From positions 18,910,001 to 18,974,000 of the forward strand of contig OZ231126.1 in the NCBI GenBank assembly GCA_965153355.1: a stretch of 64,000 nucleotides of DNA. The letters run 5' to 3'. The position numbers and the translations under genes are program-made. Below the pieces are notes generated by a model. It was not told the DNA's origin. It worked only from the letters and a program-made list of their open reading frames with translations, and did not search any database. The DNA is from Flaccisagitta enflata. Its lineage: Eukaryota. Below, one piece after another: positions 1 through 14,106 of the stretch; the stretch's first letter is position 1, and every line of letters starts with the position of its first letter.

Positions 1-1449
1 GGGTCAACCGACATATAACAATAACAGCCTATTCATAAACATAAAACAAGCCAAGTGCAAAAAAACAGTGGAGGACATTTGGGCAGGGGCTATACTAAAA
101 GGAATGATCATACCTGAAACACACTCATGATTGTCTTTATAAGCAATAGGCTAATGACCTGACCACACTGTGTTGCCTAGCTGTGATAGGTAGGAAAAAA
201 TGCCACAGTATAGCGACCTATTTTGGGGTGTTATATACATCTAAGTGGATGTCACCATACATGAAACAAAAAATTCTGTTGGGATTTTTTCTAGAAAACG
301 CCGTAAAAAGCCGTAAAATGCCGTAAAAATGACATTTTTTCAGTTATATGAACTCAAAATCAGTGAGTCTGGTCAGAAAATGGTCTAACAATGTTGATTT
401 AGCACTGAGAGATATTTTTTCAAAAATTCAAGTCAAGCACACATCATTTTGTAGTATTCAAATGCCGTAAAAAGTCATAAAATGCTGTAAAAATGACGTT
501 TTTCACTGTATAGTGTATTTTGTAGGCTCAAAAACATTGAGTTTAGTCAGAATATGGTCAAGCAATGTTTGTTTGGCACTGAGACACAAACCTTCAAAAA
601 TTCAAGTCAAGCAGCCATCATTCAGTATCATTTTTTGCCGTAAATTGCCGTTAAAATTGCATTTTTAAGCATTTCTTGGGTGTCACTCCCTCGTAGCCCG
701 AAATTCACTTGAAAATTGACAGAAAACAATCTTTGGGCCAAAGAGAAATATATATCAATATTTTTTAGCCTGAGGTGGTAATTTAGTTTACTATTATCCC
801 GTAAAAGGCGGTAAAGTGCCGTAAAGATAACGTTTTAGGCAGCTTTTTTAGATATTTTTTTGCTGTAATAACTGCTCCACTTGTCATAAATTATCAAAAC
901 AATGATGATTTAACACAGAGTTACATTCAAGCACATATTCAAGTCATTTTGGTGTCATTCAGTGTCACTTTCTGCCGTAAAATTGCCATTAAAACAGCAT
1001 TTTTGAGTGTTTTTTTAGGTCTTACTCTTTCAAATAGCACCTCATTTGCACAATAACTGCCTGAAAATGGATATGGGGGCTTGGGACATACTTATTTTAA
1101 AGTTTAAAGATAAAGTGTCATGATTAAGTCATGTTTGAAAGCAGAAAAGAGCTGTAAAATTCTGCGAAAATCGCAATTATGGTAGTTTTTAGGCTAATAT
1201 TTGCAATCATTAGCCTAATTCTATCAGGTTTACCTAGTTATGTTCTGGGTATCTATGTGTGCATGTGTACATGTGTGAACATGTGTGTGGGCACCTTTCC
1301 ATAAAGTAATATATCATACTGTTGCACCATCTTGCTGACAAAATAAAGAAAAGAATGTATTATGTAATAAGCTTTCAAGGTAAAAAAACATATACAAACA
1401 CACACATACACACACAAATATACATACACATGCACACACATATAGACAC

Positions 1450-1756
1450 TAGGGTGGTCACTAAATAGGGTCAAATTTCAAAAAATGATATACTCTAGTT
1501 TTTTGCATAAATGCACCAAAAAAGAAGGTTTTCCCACAAGTAGAGGTCTGAATTTGAAGATTAAATCATGGCGGCAAAACTATAGGCTTCCTATGGCAAT
1601 AAAAAAATCCCCATAGCAACCCTATAGTTTTGCCGACAAGGTTTCTTGTTTGATTTCACACCCCAGCTTGTGAGAAATCCTTCTTTTATTGGACATTTGT
1701 GCAAAGGGCTCAAGTATATCAATATATGAACTTTGACCCAATTCCGGACCACCCTA
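1450..1756. mobile_element. hAT-type MITE nested in the foldback spacer
   Basis: TIRs TAGGGTGGTC...GACCACCCTA and a perfect 8-bp TSD ATAGACAC (1442-1449, 1757-1764). Confidence 0.85.
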
Positions 1757-1776
1757 ATAGACACACACATACATAC

Positions 1777-1822
<46 letters not shown>

Positions 1823-2825
1823 TCACACACACATACACATGCACAAGCACATGTACACATGCAAAAAACATAATCAAGTTAACTATATGGTTGTAAATAA
1901 TACCCCAAGAACAGCCAAAATGCATGGTATAGTGTGGTATTCTAAGCATTTTACTGCTATTCCATCATGACACTTTACTTTAAAACTTTGAAAAAAGTAT
2001 GTCACAAGCCCCACTACTCATTTTCGGGCAGTTGTTCAGTGAATGTTGTGCCATTTGAAAAAGTAAGACCCAAAAAACACTCAAAAAGGCTGTTTTAACA
2101 GCAATTTTACAGCATAAAGTGACACTGAATTACAACAAATTGACTTGAATTTGTGCTTGAATGTAACTCTGTATCAAATCATTATTGTTTTGATGATTTA
2201 TGAAAAGTGTAGCTGTGTTAAAGCAAAAAATACCTAAAAAATCTGCCTAAAATGCTTTTTTATGGCACTTTATGGCTTTTTTACGGCACTTTATGGCCTT
2301 TTATGGGATAATAGTAGACCAAATTACCACCTAAGGCTAAAAAATATTGATATATATTTCTCTTTGGCCTGAAGATTGTTTTCTGCCAATTTTTAAGTGA
2401 AGTTCGGGATACGAGAGAGTGACACCCAAGAAATGCTTAAAAATGCAATTTTAACGGCAATTTATAGCAAAAAATGATACTGAATTGAAGGCTGCTTGAC
2501 ATGAATTTTTGAAGGTGTGTATTTTAGTGCCAAATAAACATTACTTGACCATTTTCTGACTAAACTCAATGTTTTTGAGTCTATGAAATACACTAAACAG
2601 TGAAAAAGCCATTTTTACGGCATTTTATGACTTTTTACGGCATTCAAATACTACAAAATGATGTCTGCTCGACTTGAATTTTTGCAGGAATGTCTCTTAG
2701 TGCTAAATCAACATTGTTTGACCATTTTCTGACCAGACTCACTGATTTTGAGTGCATATAACTAAAAAAAATGCCATTTTTACGGCATTTTACGGCTTTT
2801 TACAGCGTAAATCCCAACGGAATTT

Positions 2826-2984
2826 TTAGTTGCGGACACGCAACTCTATAAGAGGCTTCGTCCGTCCGTCCGTCGGTCCGTCCGTCGGTCCGTCCGTGGT
2901 GATCGAGTTGGATAGTGTGAAAACGTGCATTTCTGCCCCTGCCCACCCGTCCGCAACTGGTATTGGCCGTGTATCCGGCCTTGT
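2826..2984 (+). mobile_element. HINE/DINE-1-like element (family A) in the right foldback arm
   Basis: 5' hairpin AGTTGCGGACACGCAACT, (GTCC/GGTC)n tract, 3' subterminal repeat GTCCGCAACT, stem-loop GGCCGTGTATCCGGCC, then TTGTT. Absent from the homologous site in the left arm. Confidence 0.8.
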
Positions 2985-3667
2985 TTGTTTCATGTATGGT
3001 GCCACCCGTATAGATGTATATAACACCCCAGAATAGGTCGCTATACTGTGGCATTTTTTCCTACCTATCACAGCTAGGCAACACGGTGACCAATCAACAA
3101 ACTGACAAATGGTCCAACCAAAAGACCAATGTATACAATCACATGCACACATTTAGATACAATTCACGCGTACAAGTGAACGTACCCTGCGACTCGTGCA
3201 ATAAAGGTACTTTCAACCTGTTTGGAAATTCCCTTTTTCCACATTCGTCCAGAATGCAATGTTCAGCCTCGTGTGAGTGACCTCAGAGCGAAAATGACAA
3301 CTGAGACAAATTTCAGCGCTGGTCTTATCTACTCTCTCTCCCCTATCGTGTTCTATGAGTTGGCCAATTTCATCCTTGTCATCCTCGTCTTGCGGCCACA
3401 CCCTAGAGTTCCGGTTCCGTTCCCCTCCCCCCCTTTCTCTCCGTCTATTTCTCGAGTTTTGGTGTTAATACCATTTGCACGTCGTTTTATCCCAAACGCC
3501 TACCCGGCTACCCCCGCCCAAAGGCCCCTCTTCCATCTGTGTCTCAACTATTCTAAGAATTCTATTCTTAGAATCTAACGATCTCTCTTCGATCTCTGTT
3601 CTATGCTTTTTCCCCCTCTCTCTTTTTGTCTTTGTCTGTTTGTTCTTCTGTCTTTCCATCCCTCCTC

Positions 3668-3816
<149 letters not shown>

Positions 3817-4466
3817 GATGTATTTCTCATCGGTAAATTTGTCAACGTTGGGGTTAAATTTGTATAGTCTTATCTTTCACCCCTAAATTCTTCACCCTTC
3901 GCCCTTCGCACTCGCACCTCGTGAAAGAACAACGGTGATTACACGATAACTAAGTTATTCACGCCAAAAGATTACTGGATATCGAGGTGAATCTTTTTCT
4001 CTTATTTACGGCTCCGTAATACTCGATTTACTGAGATTGATCAAGGTTGAATGATTCTCAGATTAAATGGGATTCAAGGACAGCAACACCTTCATTTTTA
4101 GTTGCGGAGACGCAACTATATAAGAGGCTTGGTCCGTCCATCCGTTTGAGTGTGGGGGGACTGGGGGTGTGGACGGGGGTTGGACGCCCCGTCCCAACCG
4201 TCCGCGACATAATTGTGACCCTGCGTCACTTATTTTCTTTATATCTTTTTTGCATTCCAAAGAATACCCTACTTCTACGATAACGACGATAATGCATTGG
4301 GCAAAATGACAAGAGAAATCTGATCTTGTTTGGAAGTCACCTTCTAAAAAGCTCGCGCTCTAAACGGGCAAGATCAGAACTGCGCGATAGGTCACCAGCC
4401 AAGGCACGAGGGCCAACCAATTTCTGACCACTCGCACAAACACGCAATAAAAAAATCGAATTTATT

Positions 4467-4954
<488 letters not shown>

Positions 4955-4961
4955 GTTGTCG

Positions 4962-5102
<141 letters not shown>

Positions 5103-5641
5103 TTTTGTTGTTGTTTTGGTTGTTGTTTTGCCTGAGGGAATGACAAGTTCCGCAAGAAAATGAACCTTATGTTCAATTACAAGGAAAATTCGAATATCGA
5201 ACAAATTATTCACCAAGTGACGTGTCACTCTGCGAGTCTTTCATCTCTCGAAACTGATGAGAACTTTATTTATATCTATCTAATCCGATTGACAATTCAG
5301 GTCACATTCGCTTCCTTATTGTTTCCCGAAATCTATCTATTATTAATTCTCATCTGCATATTTTCCCATATTCACTCTTTTCATTCCTCCATTGTTTTCT
5401 TTTCATTCACTTCATGTATTCCTCCCCGGGTGTGCTGTTAGATAACATTTTGTTGTCAGTTTACCGATTTATCTCCTACCCGATGGGCCACCCTCTTCAC
5501 ACACTCGACACTCTACCAACCAAGTCAGGCAGGCCTCCAAGTTTTTGAGATAACCAAATGTCATAAATCATCACAATTTTCCAATTTTTTATCGCATCAC
5601 AATTCGATTTGTCAATGACGAAGATAACAACAGAGACAGAG

Positions 5642-5734
<93 letters not shown>

Positions 5735-6386
5735 CTCCTGTGTATTAAAAGAAATTTTTCATTGTTATTCGAGTCCTGCTGTGATATTACACACCGCCGC
5801 TCCCAACTGACTTGCTATCTTTTCCTTCATTTTTTTTTATTTTTTTTCTTTTGCCATTTGAATTCTACTTTTTTCTTTATTTTTGTTGATTCCGCTCCCG
5901 TTTCTTATTTTCCGCTCCTTAACACTCCTTATGAAGCCCCACAATTTCCCTGCTCTATCATATATTCATAATCTATATTCTTTAAGTTTTACCAAATATA
6001 AGCTATTCTCAATTTCATTACAATAATGTCCTTGCTTCAACAGTCAATGATGACTTTCAGCGACAGCCGTAGAAGTTATTCAGTTAGCTAGGACTCTAAA
6101 GAGCGAGAATGGCAACAAGCTTCTTTGACGAGAAATAGCGGATATGTCATTATCGCTTCATATCATTTCACTCCTGCTTCATCATCATCTCAGGAATTTT
6201 CTGTTTTCCACCCCATGGGTCGCTGCAATTTGCATTTTTGCAAGTTTGTCTGTTTTTCTGTCGGTCTGTCTGTCGGTCTGTCGGCATGTCCGTTGAGAAA
6301 TGAAATCACCGTCCATTCTCTCTTACTGATGCTGATTGTCTATCTACGTGACAATCCTTTTGTCGGTTTCTCTCTCTGTCTGTCGC

Positions 6387-6421
<35 letters not shown>

Positions 6422-6422
6422 C

Positions 6423-6458
<36 letters not shown>

Positions 6459-6462
6459 TCGT

Positions 6463-6501
<39 letters not shown>

Positions 6502-7421
6502 CTTTTTCTTTTTCTTTTTCTTTTTCTTTTTCTTTCTCTATCTCTTTCTCTTTCTCTCTCTCTCTCTCCGAAGAAAAATAAGAAGATAGAGAAACGAAAT
6601 TATTCATTCTTCTTTACAGAACGTGAATTGAATTTGAAAAGGAGGTTGAATCTCCTCCCACTCGCAGAGATGGCGGAAGCCGGCCACTGGATGCCGGAAG
6701 ACGCTCTGGAGTTTGGACCCTTCTATTCCCTGTGCACGCGTGTTTGAAGGTTTCTAGGTCGGTCTGTCAGTAAATCGGTCCGTCTGCCAGTCGCTTACTA
6801 TGTGGTCGCGGGCTTGCGACTCAGTAGCATGTAGTCCGTCCGTCCGTAAACTCATCCGTGACGCCCAAGCGGAAGAGAGTAAAAAACGCACAAAGCCCCT
6901 CCCCCGGACCCCACGGTCCGCGACGATATTGCAATCTTGAGCTGGGTAACTTAATCAGTTGGGACTTTTAATCTGTCAGTCCCATCGGTATGTCCATCGA
7001 TCGGTCCGTCAGTTAGTCTAGTATGCGATTTTTTAAATAGTCGTCTAATTGCCCGTTAACGCGACTGAATATGTTTCCAGTTCGACCTCCGAAGAAAACC
7101 GCAGGATCAATAATTGGTTGAATTTGGGTCTAAAGTGACTCTAAACTAGGACAATAGAGATACACAAGGTGCTCGGATACTCTAGTACATAAGAGAGGTT
7201 GCGTGCCCCCCCCCCTCTTCCATTCATTCTTACCGAGGAAATTGCAGTCTTATCGATTGTTGTATTTTATAATCTTATTTCAATGTAAATGACATTTCAT
7301 ATTGAGCGTTTCATATTCGGCATACACAACATCTGTTTTCATCTGTACTCCAAATAATGAGATGCATCCCCCCTTTTCCGCACCATAAAACAACAATCGA
7401 TTTCGTCGAAGAAGCTGCCCA

Positions 7422-9234
7422 CTAGAAGTGAGACCGTTGAATTTTTTCACCGTTTCGGACCATTCTTGCGACAAACTTGTCATTTCCTCGCAGCTTTTTG
7501 GCGATTTGGGGATCCATCGCTTCGTCGGCATCTCGAGCAGTTCGACGGACCGACGCCGCCGCTGCTTCCTCTCGACCCTTGAATCCGATCGCTTCGAAAA
7601 AGAGCGCAATCGCTAAACCGATCAAATCCTGGAGACAAATTGTACGTATTATAGTGTGGCGGCTAATGGCAAGACTTCTTCCTCACCGTTAGTCCGTCTA
7701 TCGACTAATCCGTCCGTCGGTCACGCACACTCCTCATTGCATTGTCGCCACCGAGCAGTTTATGCCAAATTGACTCCTTAGGTTCCTGTGGCTAGCAAGT
7801 GAGCAAACTCGCGAGCTCGCCTAAAACATGATTGTGCTTGCACGCAAAAGCAATGTACTTGTCGTGTTTAATGTGTACCCATAAAATCGACAAAATATTT
7901 CTGAGTGCGAGTGGAAGCCAAGAGGAAAGAAAAGTGGTCAAACATGAAACAAATCTTACTTGTCGATGATTTCGATGAGGTTTTGCCGTGCTGTTGTTAG
8001 AAACGACTGTAACATTTACCGTACCCTTTGTCGTGTTGCCTTCATTCAATGGAGATCTATAAAAAAAATGAGTCTATTGAAATTTTGTTCAAATTCGCAA
8101 AGCCGGCTAGATATTTCTGCAAAGAGCACGTGAGTAAAAGAGTGAAACTTCTCATTTTCAACATCTTCGCTCAGTGTTATCAAAATGATTCCATATAAAG
8201 ATCGCGACCCTAGTAGAAAGTTTTTTGTTTTTTGTTCGATTAAAGAATAATTCCCCAAAGTTCACTTTAAATTCCATGATTACCCCGTGATCATCGCCAC
8301 CATTGGTAGACACGCGACCATGAAGAAAGCGGTTCCTTTTGACAGCAACATGGCTCAGTTTAAAACCTGATTTTATTCGCTACGAGTTGAAAGTGATAAA
8401 AAAATTCTCTCCGAACTCTGCTGAAGATCCTTACGCTGGAATTGTTTGAGCTAAATGTACTGAGGTGCTTGTGTTTATTTACACGGGTCTTTCAGTTTCA
8501 TTTTTTTTTCTAGAAGTCGACAGTGAGTAGTGTTGGATAACCCTACAACGTATTAACTAACTGTTGTCGATGTATGACTATGAGAATCTTTCTATTTCGA
8601 AGACAAACTGGCAGGCACAGACAATCAGATAGACAGACAGAAAAACAAACCGACAGACTTTTCAGATATTCTCTGTCTTACCTTGATCTCCAACGTGGCC
8701 AATTCGCGTACCGAATTAGAAAAGGATGAGCTAGAATGCAAATTTAAGGCAAGTTTGGTCAGACCGGGATTGAATCGGGAATCTCGCGATCACCAACAGA
8801 GAATAATCATCGTTTCATTCATTGTCAATATTGGATGAGGGATCGCAGATTTCCTAATTTGAACTGATTTTTCTGACACGAATTTTTACTCCCATGCAGG
8901 AGACACTTAAAGCCGCTTTTCAGTCCGTCGGTCGTAACGTCGTTTTATTGGTCACACGTGTCGAATTCACCGGTTTTGTATTAACGCTCCTGAATCCTGA
9001 TCCTGCTCAATTACCTGCAACCATCAAAAAGTCAAACAACTACGGATGAAGTCACGAAGTCGCGAAAAATGATTTTAATCTAACTACATCCACGAACCAT
9101 CCAAACTCCAACCCAACCCAACCGATCACCATCTAATTCTTCATCACGATTCGATTTTACGCACTGACCAGTGACCAACTGAAAGAAGCGGATTTGCTCG
9201 GGTGAGGCTTACTAACCGGATTTAATGAATTCAT
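7422..9234 (-). CDS. Tentative 3' part of an unknown spliced gene (exons 9234-9213, 8730-8682, 7628-7422)
   Basis: AG/GTAAG-bounded exons join in phase into ...EFIKSGYSSFSNSVRELATLEIKDLIGLAIALFFEAIGFKGREEAAAASVRRTARDADEAMDPQIAKKLRGNDKFVARMVRNGEKIQRSHF*. No 5' exon located and no homolog recognised. Confidence 0.35.
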
Positions 9235-9301
9235 CTGTGAAGCATTGCACACCGGGATGCTGACCACTGCGCAGCGAGGGAGCGCCATAGAAATGAGATG
9301 A

Positions 9302-9400
<99 letters not shown>

Positions 9401-9467
9401 GGGCTATCATCTAGTATCCGGGATTGAGAAATTGACATCTACCATGATTCAAAACAACAAACTCTCG

Positions 9468-9771
9468 CCCCCCCTAACCCTAACACCACCTCTAACCCTA
9501 ACCCCACCTCTTACCCTAACCCCACCCTTATCCCTAAACCTACCCCTAACCCCATCCCTAAGCCCACCCCTAACCCTACTTCTAACCCTAACCCAACTCC
9601 TAACCCTAACCCCACTCTTAAGCCTAACCCCACTCCTTACCCCTAACCCCAACCGCACCCTTAACCCTAACCCCACTCTTAACCCTAACCCCACCCTTAA
9701 CCCTAACCCCACCCATAACCCTAACCCCACCCCTACCCCTAACCCCATCCCTAACCCTAACCCCACCCCTA
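9468..9771. repeat. Degenerate interstitial telomere-like array (CCCTAA-derived, ~18-bp higher-order unit)
   Basis: Repeated CCCTAACCCCACCCTTAA-like units between two (GTT)n tracts. Confidence 0.8.
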
Positions 9772-9879
9772 GGCAAAAGGAACGTTGTCAATCAGCCTCT
9801 AAAAATCTCAATCCCGGACTCTGGATGATTGCCGTTGTTGTTGTTGTTGTTGTTGTTGTTGTTATTGTTGTTGTTGCGG

Positions 9880-9965
<86 letters not shown>

Positions 9966-10016
9966 GCAGTTGTTGTTGTTGTTGTTGTGGTTGTGGATGT
10001 TGCTGTTGTTGTTGTC

Positions 10017-10105
<89 letters not shown>

Positions 10106-10127
10106 CGTTGTCTTTGTTGTTCGTTCG

Positions 10128-10240
<113 letters not shown>

Positions 10241-10313
10241 GCTGTTGTGGTTGTGGATGTTGTTGTTGTCGTTGTTGCTGTTTTTGTTGTTGTTGTTGTT
10301 TTTGTTGTTGTTT

Positions 10314-10348
<35 letters not shown>

Positions 10349-10612
10349 GATATTCCTGTTGTTGCCGCCGATTTTTTTGTGTTTTCTGATTCAGGATATT
10401 CGTCAAAATGACTGTTTATTATTTGTCTTTTGATTTTTTCAGAGGGAAAAACCAAGCAGATGTGGTTAGGGTTTGGACTTTGGACAAGAGCAGCTGCGCG
10501 TTTCCTGCAACTTTGTCAGCATTTGGTCTAACACTCTACCAATAATCGTGATGAAAACAAATTTGAATTGATGCCGTCAGCAGGGAGCTTCCCTTTGCCC
10601 CTATTTCCTCGC

Positions 10613-10685
<73 letters not shown>

Positions 10686-12080
10686 CCTGCGGTTTTCCTC
10701 CGAAATCCAATCAAATTCCGACTGGAAAGTGAAAGTCGGTGCCATTGTCTTAGTCTTTGCCTTTGCCTTTGTCTTTGCCTCTGCTATCAGCATTGCATTG
10801 TTGCAATGTTTGTCGGAAGACAGAAGTGAAGGATGAAATGAGATGTTCAAATAGGTTCAGATTATATCCTTTCAAGTTACTCCTTCTCAAACATTGCACA
10901 TCGACCTCCTTTTTGCATCGATGACGAAGGCATTAAGTTGGAACTATCGTTTGAGTCTCCGGCAGACCTACGAACATGTTAACTTTCTTCTTTTTTTTGG
11001 GGGGGGGGTGTGCTCGTCAAAAATCTTCACATGCTACGCACATATTGTCTATTTATTACTCGATACGTCTGACTCAGACATCCGCATCACCTCGTCGCGC
11101 CGTCGGTGTCAATTCTCAAGAGCAAGGGCGCAAAGGTGCCAATTATGGTGAAGCGCGCAGTGCCGCATCTCGGATGGGATTTGGTTGTTGTGGAACAATA
11201 AGTTAATTAATGATGATTATTATCATAATTTAAAAGAGTAAAGTGAAAAATGCTAGTGTGAAGAAGTGAATAGGGAAAAACATATGGCGTGTGCGAAAAA
11301 AAACCTGATTTGCATAATGTGGTCTACAAACTGCCACTGCTTTTAATCGCGAAAAAATCTGAGAACATTCAGTCGTAACTGTACCAAGAAATAAGTAGAA
11401 AACTTCTAAAAAACAAAGAAAAAGTAAAAGCATAGAAGTTTGTTTGAAATTAATCAACGCAATTACAAATGCTGTTTCGGTTTGAACTAACTCTTTGTAT
11501 TTTAACTATCATCACAAAAACAAACAATAGAGTGGAATACGTAGACCTCTATAACCACAATCCACTCGTGAGTCATAGAATCTCCGATCTTGAGACATCA
11601 CGACGATTGACGAGCTTGCCTATTGTTAAAACCGGTGACCCGCCGGAGGCCTGTCAGCTTTTAAGGAGCTCAAACGAAGTTGGAATCACCTGATAAACGT
11701 TCACGGTCACGACTCACGAGGTTGTTCAAACTGGGAAAATCCACGTCCTCACCCGCAATATCGCAAAAACCGATCGCTTATAAAAGTTGTCGATATAGTA
11801 CCGATACTAACCGAACGGATGGACAGACGGACCTACTGACGCAGCACCGCATAGAGTTGTGAGTATGAGAGTAAAATTCTCCCCAGTTTTCCAATTTATC
11901 ACACAGGAGTGGTTTTATTTTGTGTCAGTTATCAACGAAGCTCAACAAAATTTCAGTTGATCATGACAAATCTTCAATTCATTTCCTTAAAAAGCTGCCA
12001 CTTGAGTGATTCGTCAATTTTCTTATCCACGTGTAAATTGAATATGCAAATCAAACCCAATTCCAGGGGGAATATTCTCG

Positions 12081-12129
<49 letters not shown>

Positions 12130-12361
12130 ATTTCACTCGCGTGGAATTTCCGGCATTCGACCGAAACTTCACGCCTCGTGGCCTGGCCTCACAGACGGAG
12201 GATCTTTCATGAGTGAGTCTCAAAGACAAGATGAGAATAGGACGTCTCACCTAGCTAGAAAAAAAGAAAAAAGACATTTTTGAACATTAGACACTTTTGA
12301 TTGCTTCAAAAGGTAATACTGGATTACTATAAGACAATCCAACACTATTCAAACCTATAAT

Positions 12362-13750
12362 CAGGCCTGAGCTATACAGCATTTTTGTCAACTATACAAT
12401 ACGAATACAATACTTTCAAGTATTGGGACAATACAATACAATACAAACATGATATAATATTCATTACAATTGTATATAATACATTATTTTTTTAAACAAT
12501 ACAATATAATTCAAACATAACTATGTATAGTTCTAATAATTAGTATTAAGTTTGAAGTAGTGATTTGTATCAAAAATGATTATTGATAATTGGCGTACCA
12601 ATAATTTCTAAAAAGACATAATAATTTTGATTATTACATATATATTTTGTTAGATAGCGAGAACTATGAAATTACCCTATTTTCTGGTTTTCATAAAAAT
12701 TTTAGTTTATTCTTTGTTATTCTGTCTTTATCTTTGGTGTTTTTTTTTTTTTTTTTTTTTTTGCTACATTTATCTATTTGTTTCTTTTTCTGTCTATCTG
12801 ATTCACTTTTTTGGTTTTTCTTTTGTTTGTTTTTTTCTTTCTTTATTATCTCTTCTTGTCTGTCTGTCTGTTTATCTGTCTGTGTGTGTGTCTCTCTCTC
12901 TCTCTCTTTTTGGGCAGCGGCCCCGAAGGGGACGAAGTCCTGTAGAACACAGGGGGAATCTGGCCGTCCGTACGGCCGTCCGTACGTCCCCCCCCCGCCC
13001 CATCTTCAGGGCTTTGTCTCCTTTGGGGCCTATTCTGACCCAAATTCTGCCAAATAGCCCAAACCAAGCAATATGGCCCAAATCTAAGCAAAATGGCCCT
13101 AATCCAAGTATAATGGCCCAGATCCAAGCAAAATAGCACAAATCTGGCCAAAAAACCCCAATTCTAGCCTGAGGTCCATCATTTCGGCCCCTTAGACCTA
13201 TAATGTGAATTTGGATTTGGGCTATTTGGCAGAATTTGGGTCAGAATAGGCCCCAAAGGAGCTGAAGCCCTGAGGATGGGGCGGGGGGGATGTACGGACG
13301 GATGGACGTACGGACGTACGGATGTACGGACGTACGGACGTATGGACGGACAGATTCCCCCTGTGTTCTACAGGACTTCGTCCCCTTCGAGGCCGCTGCC
13401 CTGCTCCCCCTCAAATTAAATCACAACTGCTCAAGCAGGGCACGGGTACCGCTGACCACTTACTGCCTTTGGGCTGCTATTCTTTCTCTCTTTTTCTTTC
13501 TTTTGTAGATTTTTAATCTTCTTCCTTTTCCTCCTCATGATCATATCAGCTTCTAGCCGCTTAATGTTACTCTCATCGATACTTATTCTCTTTCTTCCTC
13601 TAACTCTCCTCAGATCAATTTTTTTGTAATATTGTATAGTATTGTATTGTATTGGAAAAATTACAAAATAAACTACATGTAGTGGGAAAACTCAATACAC
13701 AAGAATATTGTAAACCCAATACCAATACACAATACAATCGCTCAGGCCTG
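12362..13750. mobile_element. hAT-type MITE with AATAC-rich subterminal repeats
   Basis: TIRs CAGGCCTGAGC...GCTCAGGCCTG and a perfect 8-bp TSD CCTATAAT (12354-12361, 13751-13758). Confidence 0.88.
12906..13480 (+). mobile_element. HINE-like family B element with long asymmetric inverted repeats, nested in the hAT MITE
   Basis: Begins TTTTTGGGCAGCGGCCCCGAAGGGGACGAAGTCCTGTAGAACACAGGGGG; the inverse copy is at ~13357-13401, followed by an unpaired 3' tail. Related copies lie at ~19475-21411 and 50801-51420. Confidence 0.75.
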
Positions 13751-14106
13751 CCTATAATATACTGTTTTATTGCTTTTTGGGTAAGAAAACAGAGAGTTTG
13801 TAACGCGACGGGATGCATCGCGGGGAAGAAAATCAAAGTCAGGGAAGGGGGGGGAATAAAATCAAAAGCCACTCAATTATATACACCCCTGCTGAAAACT
13901 CGACGGACCAGAAGTGGTATAGGAATTCAATGAGGCAAACGTAAAAAAATTATCAAAATGCATCCAAACTGCACTGATATAGATATTCAACTTTCCTCCT
14001 TTATTGCAATAATTTCAACTGTAATGTAATTCGCAGTTCCAAATAATAACAAGTCATCATCAAAAACATAGCTAATTCCTCGGGAGATATAAAGGAAATG
14101 GCCACG

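Larger units (their letters stand above)
166..3088. mobile_element. Non-autonomous foldback DNA transposon with ~950-bp inverted arms (CMC/Chapaev-like)
   Basis: ~166-1122 is the imperfect reverse complement of ~1964-3088. Termini are CACTGTGTTGCC...GGCAACACGGTG, with a 4-bp direct repeat ACCA at 162-165 and 3089-3092. CAC...GTG ends with a 4-bp TSD fit Chapaev. No transposase ORF. Confidence 0.8.

Noticed and set aside
6620-6748. Plus-strand exon candidate after TCTTTACAG (RELNLKRRLNLLPLAEMAEAGHWMPEDALEFG...)
   Set aside because: A single acceptor and a short open frame, with no partner exon or recognisable homology; it runs into a degenerate repeat.
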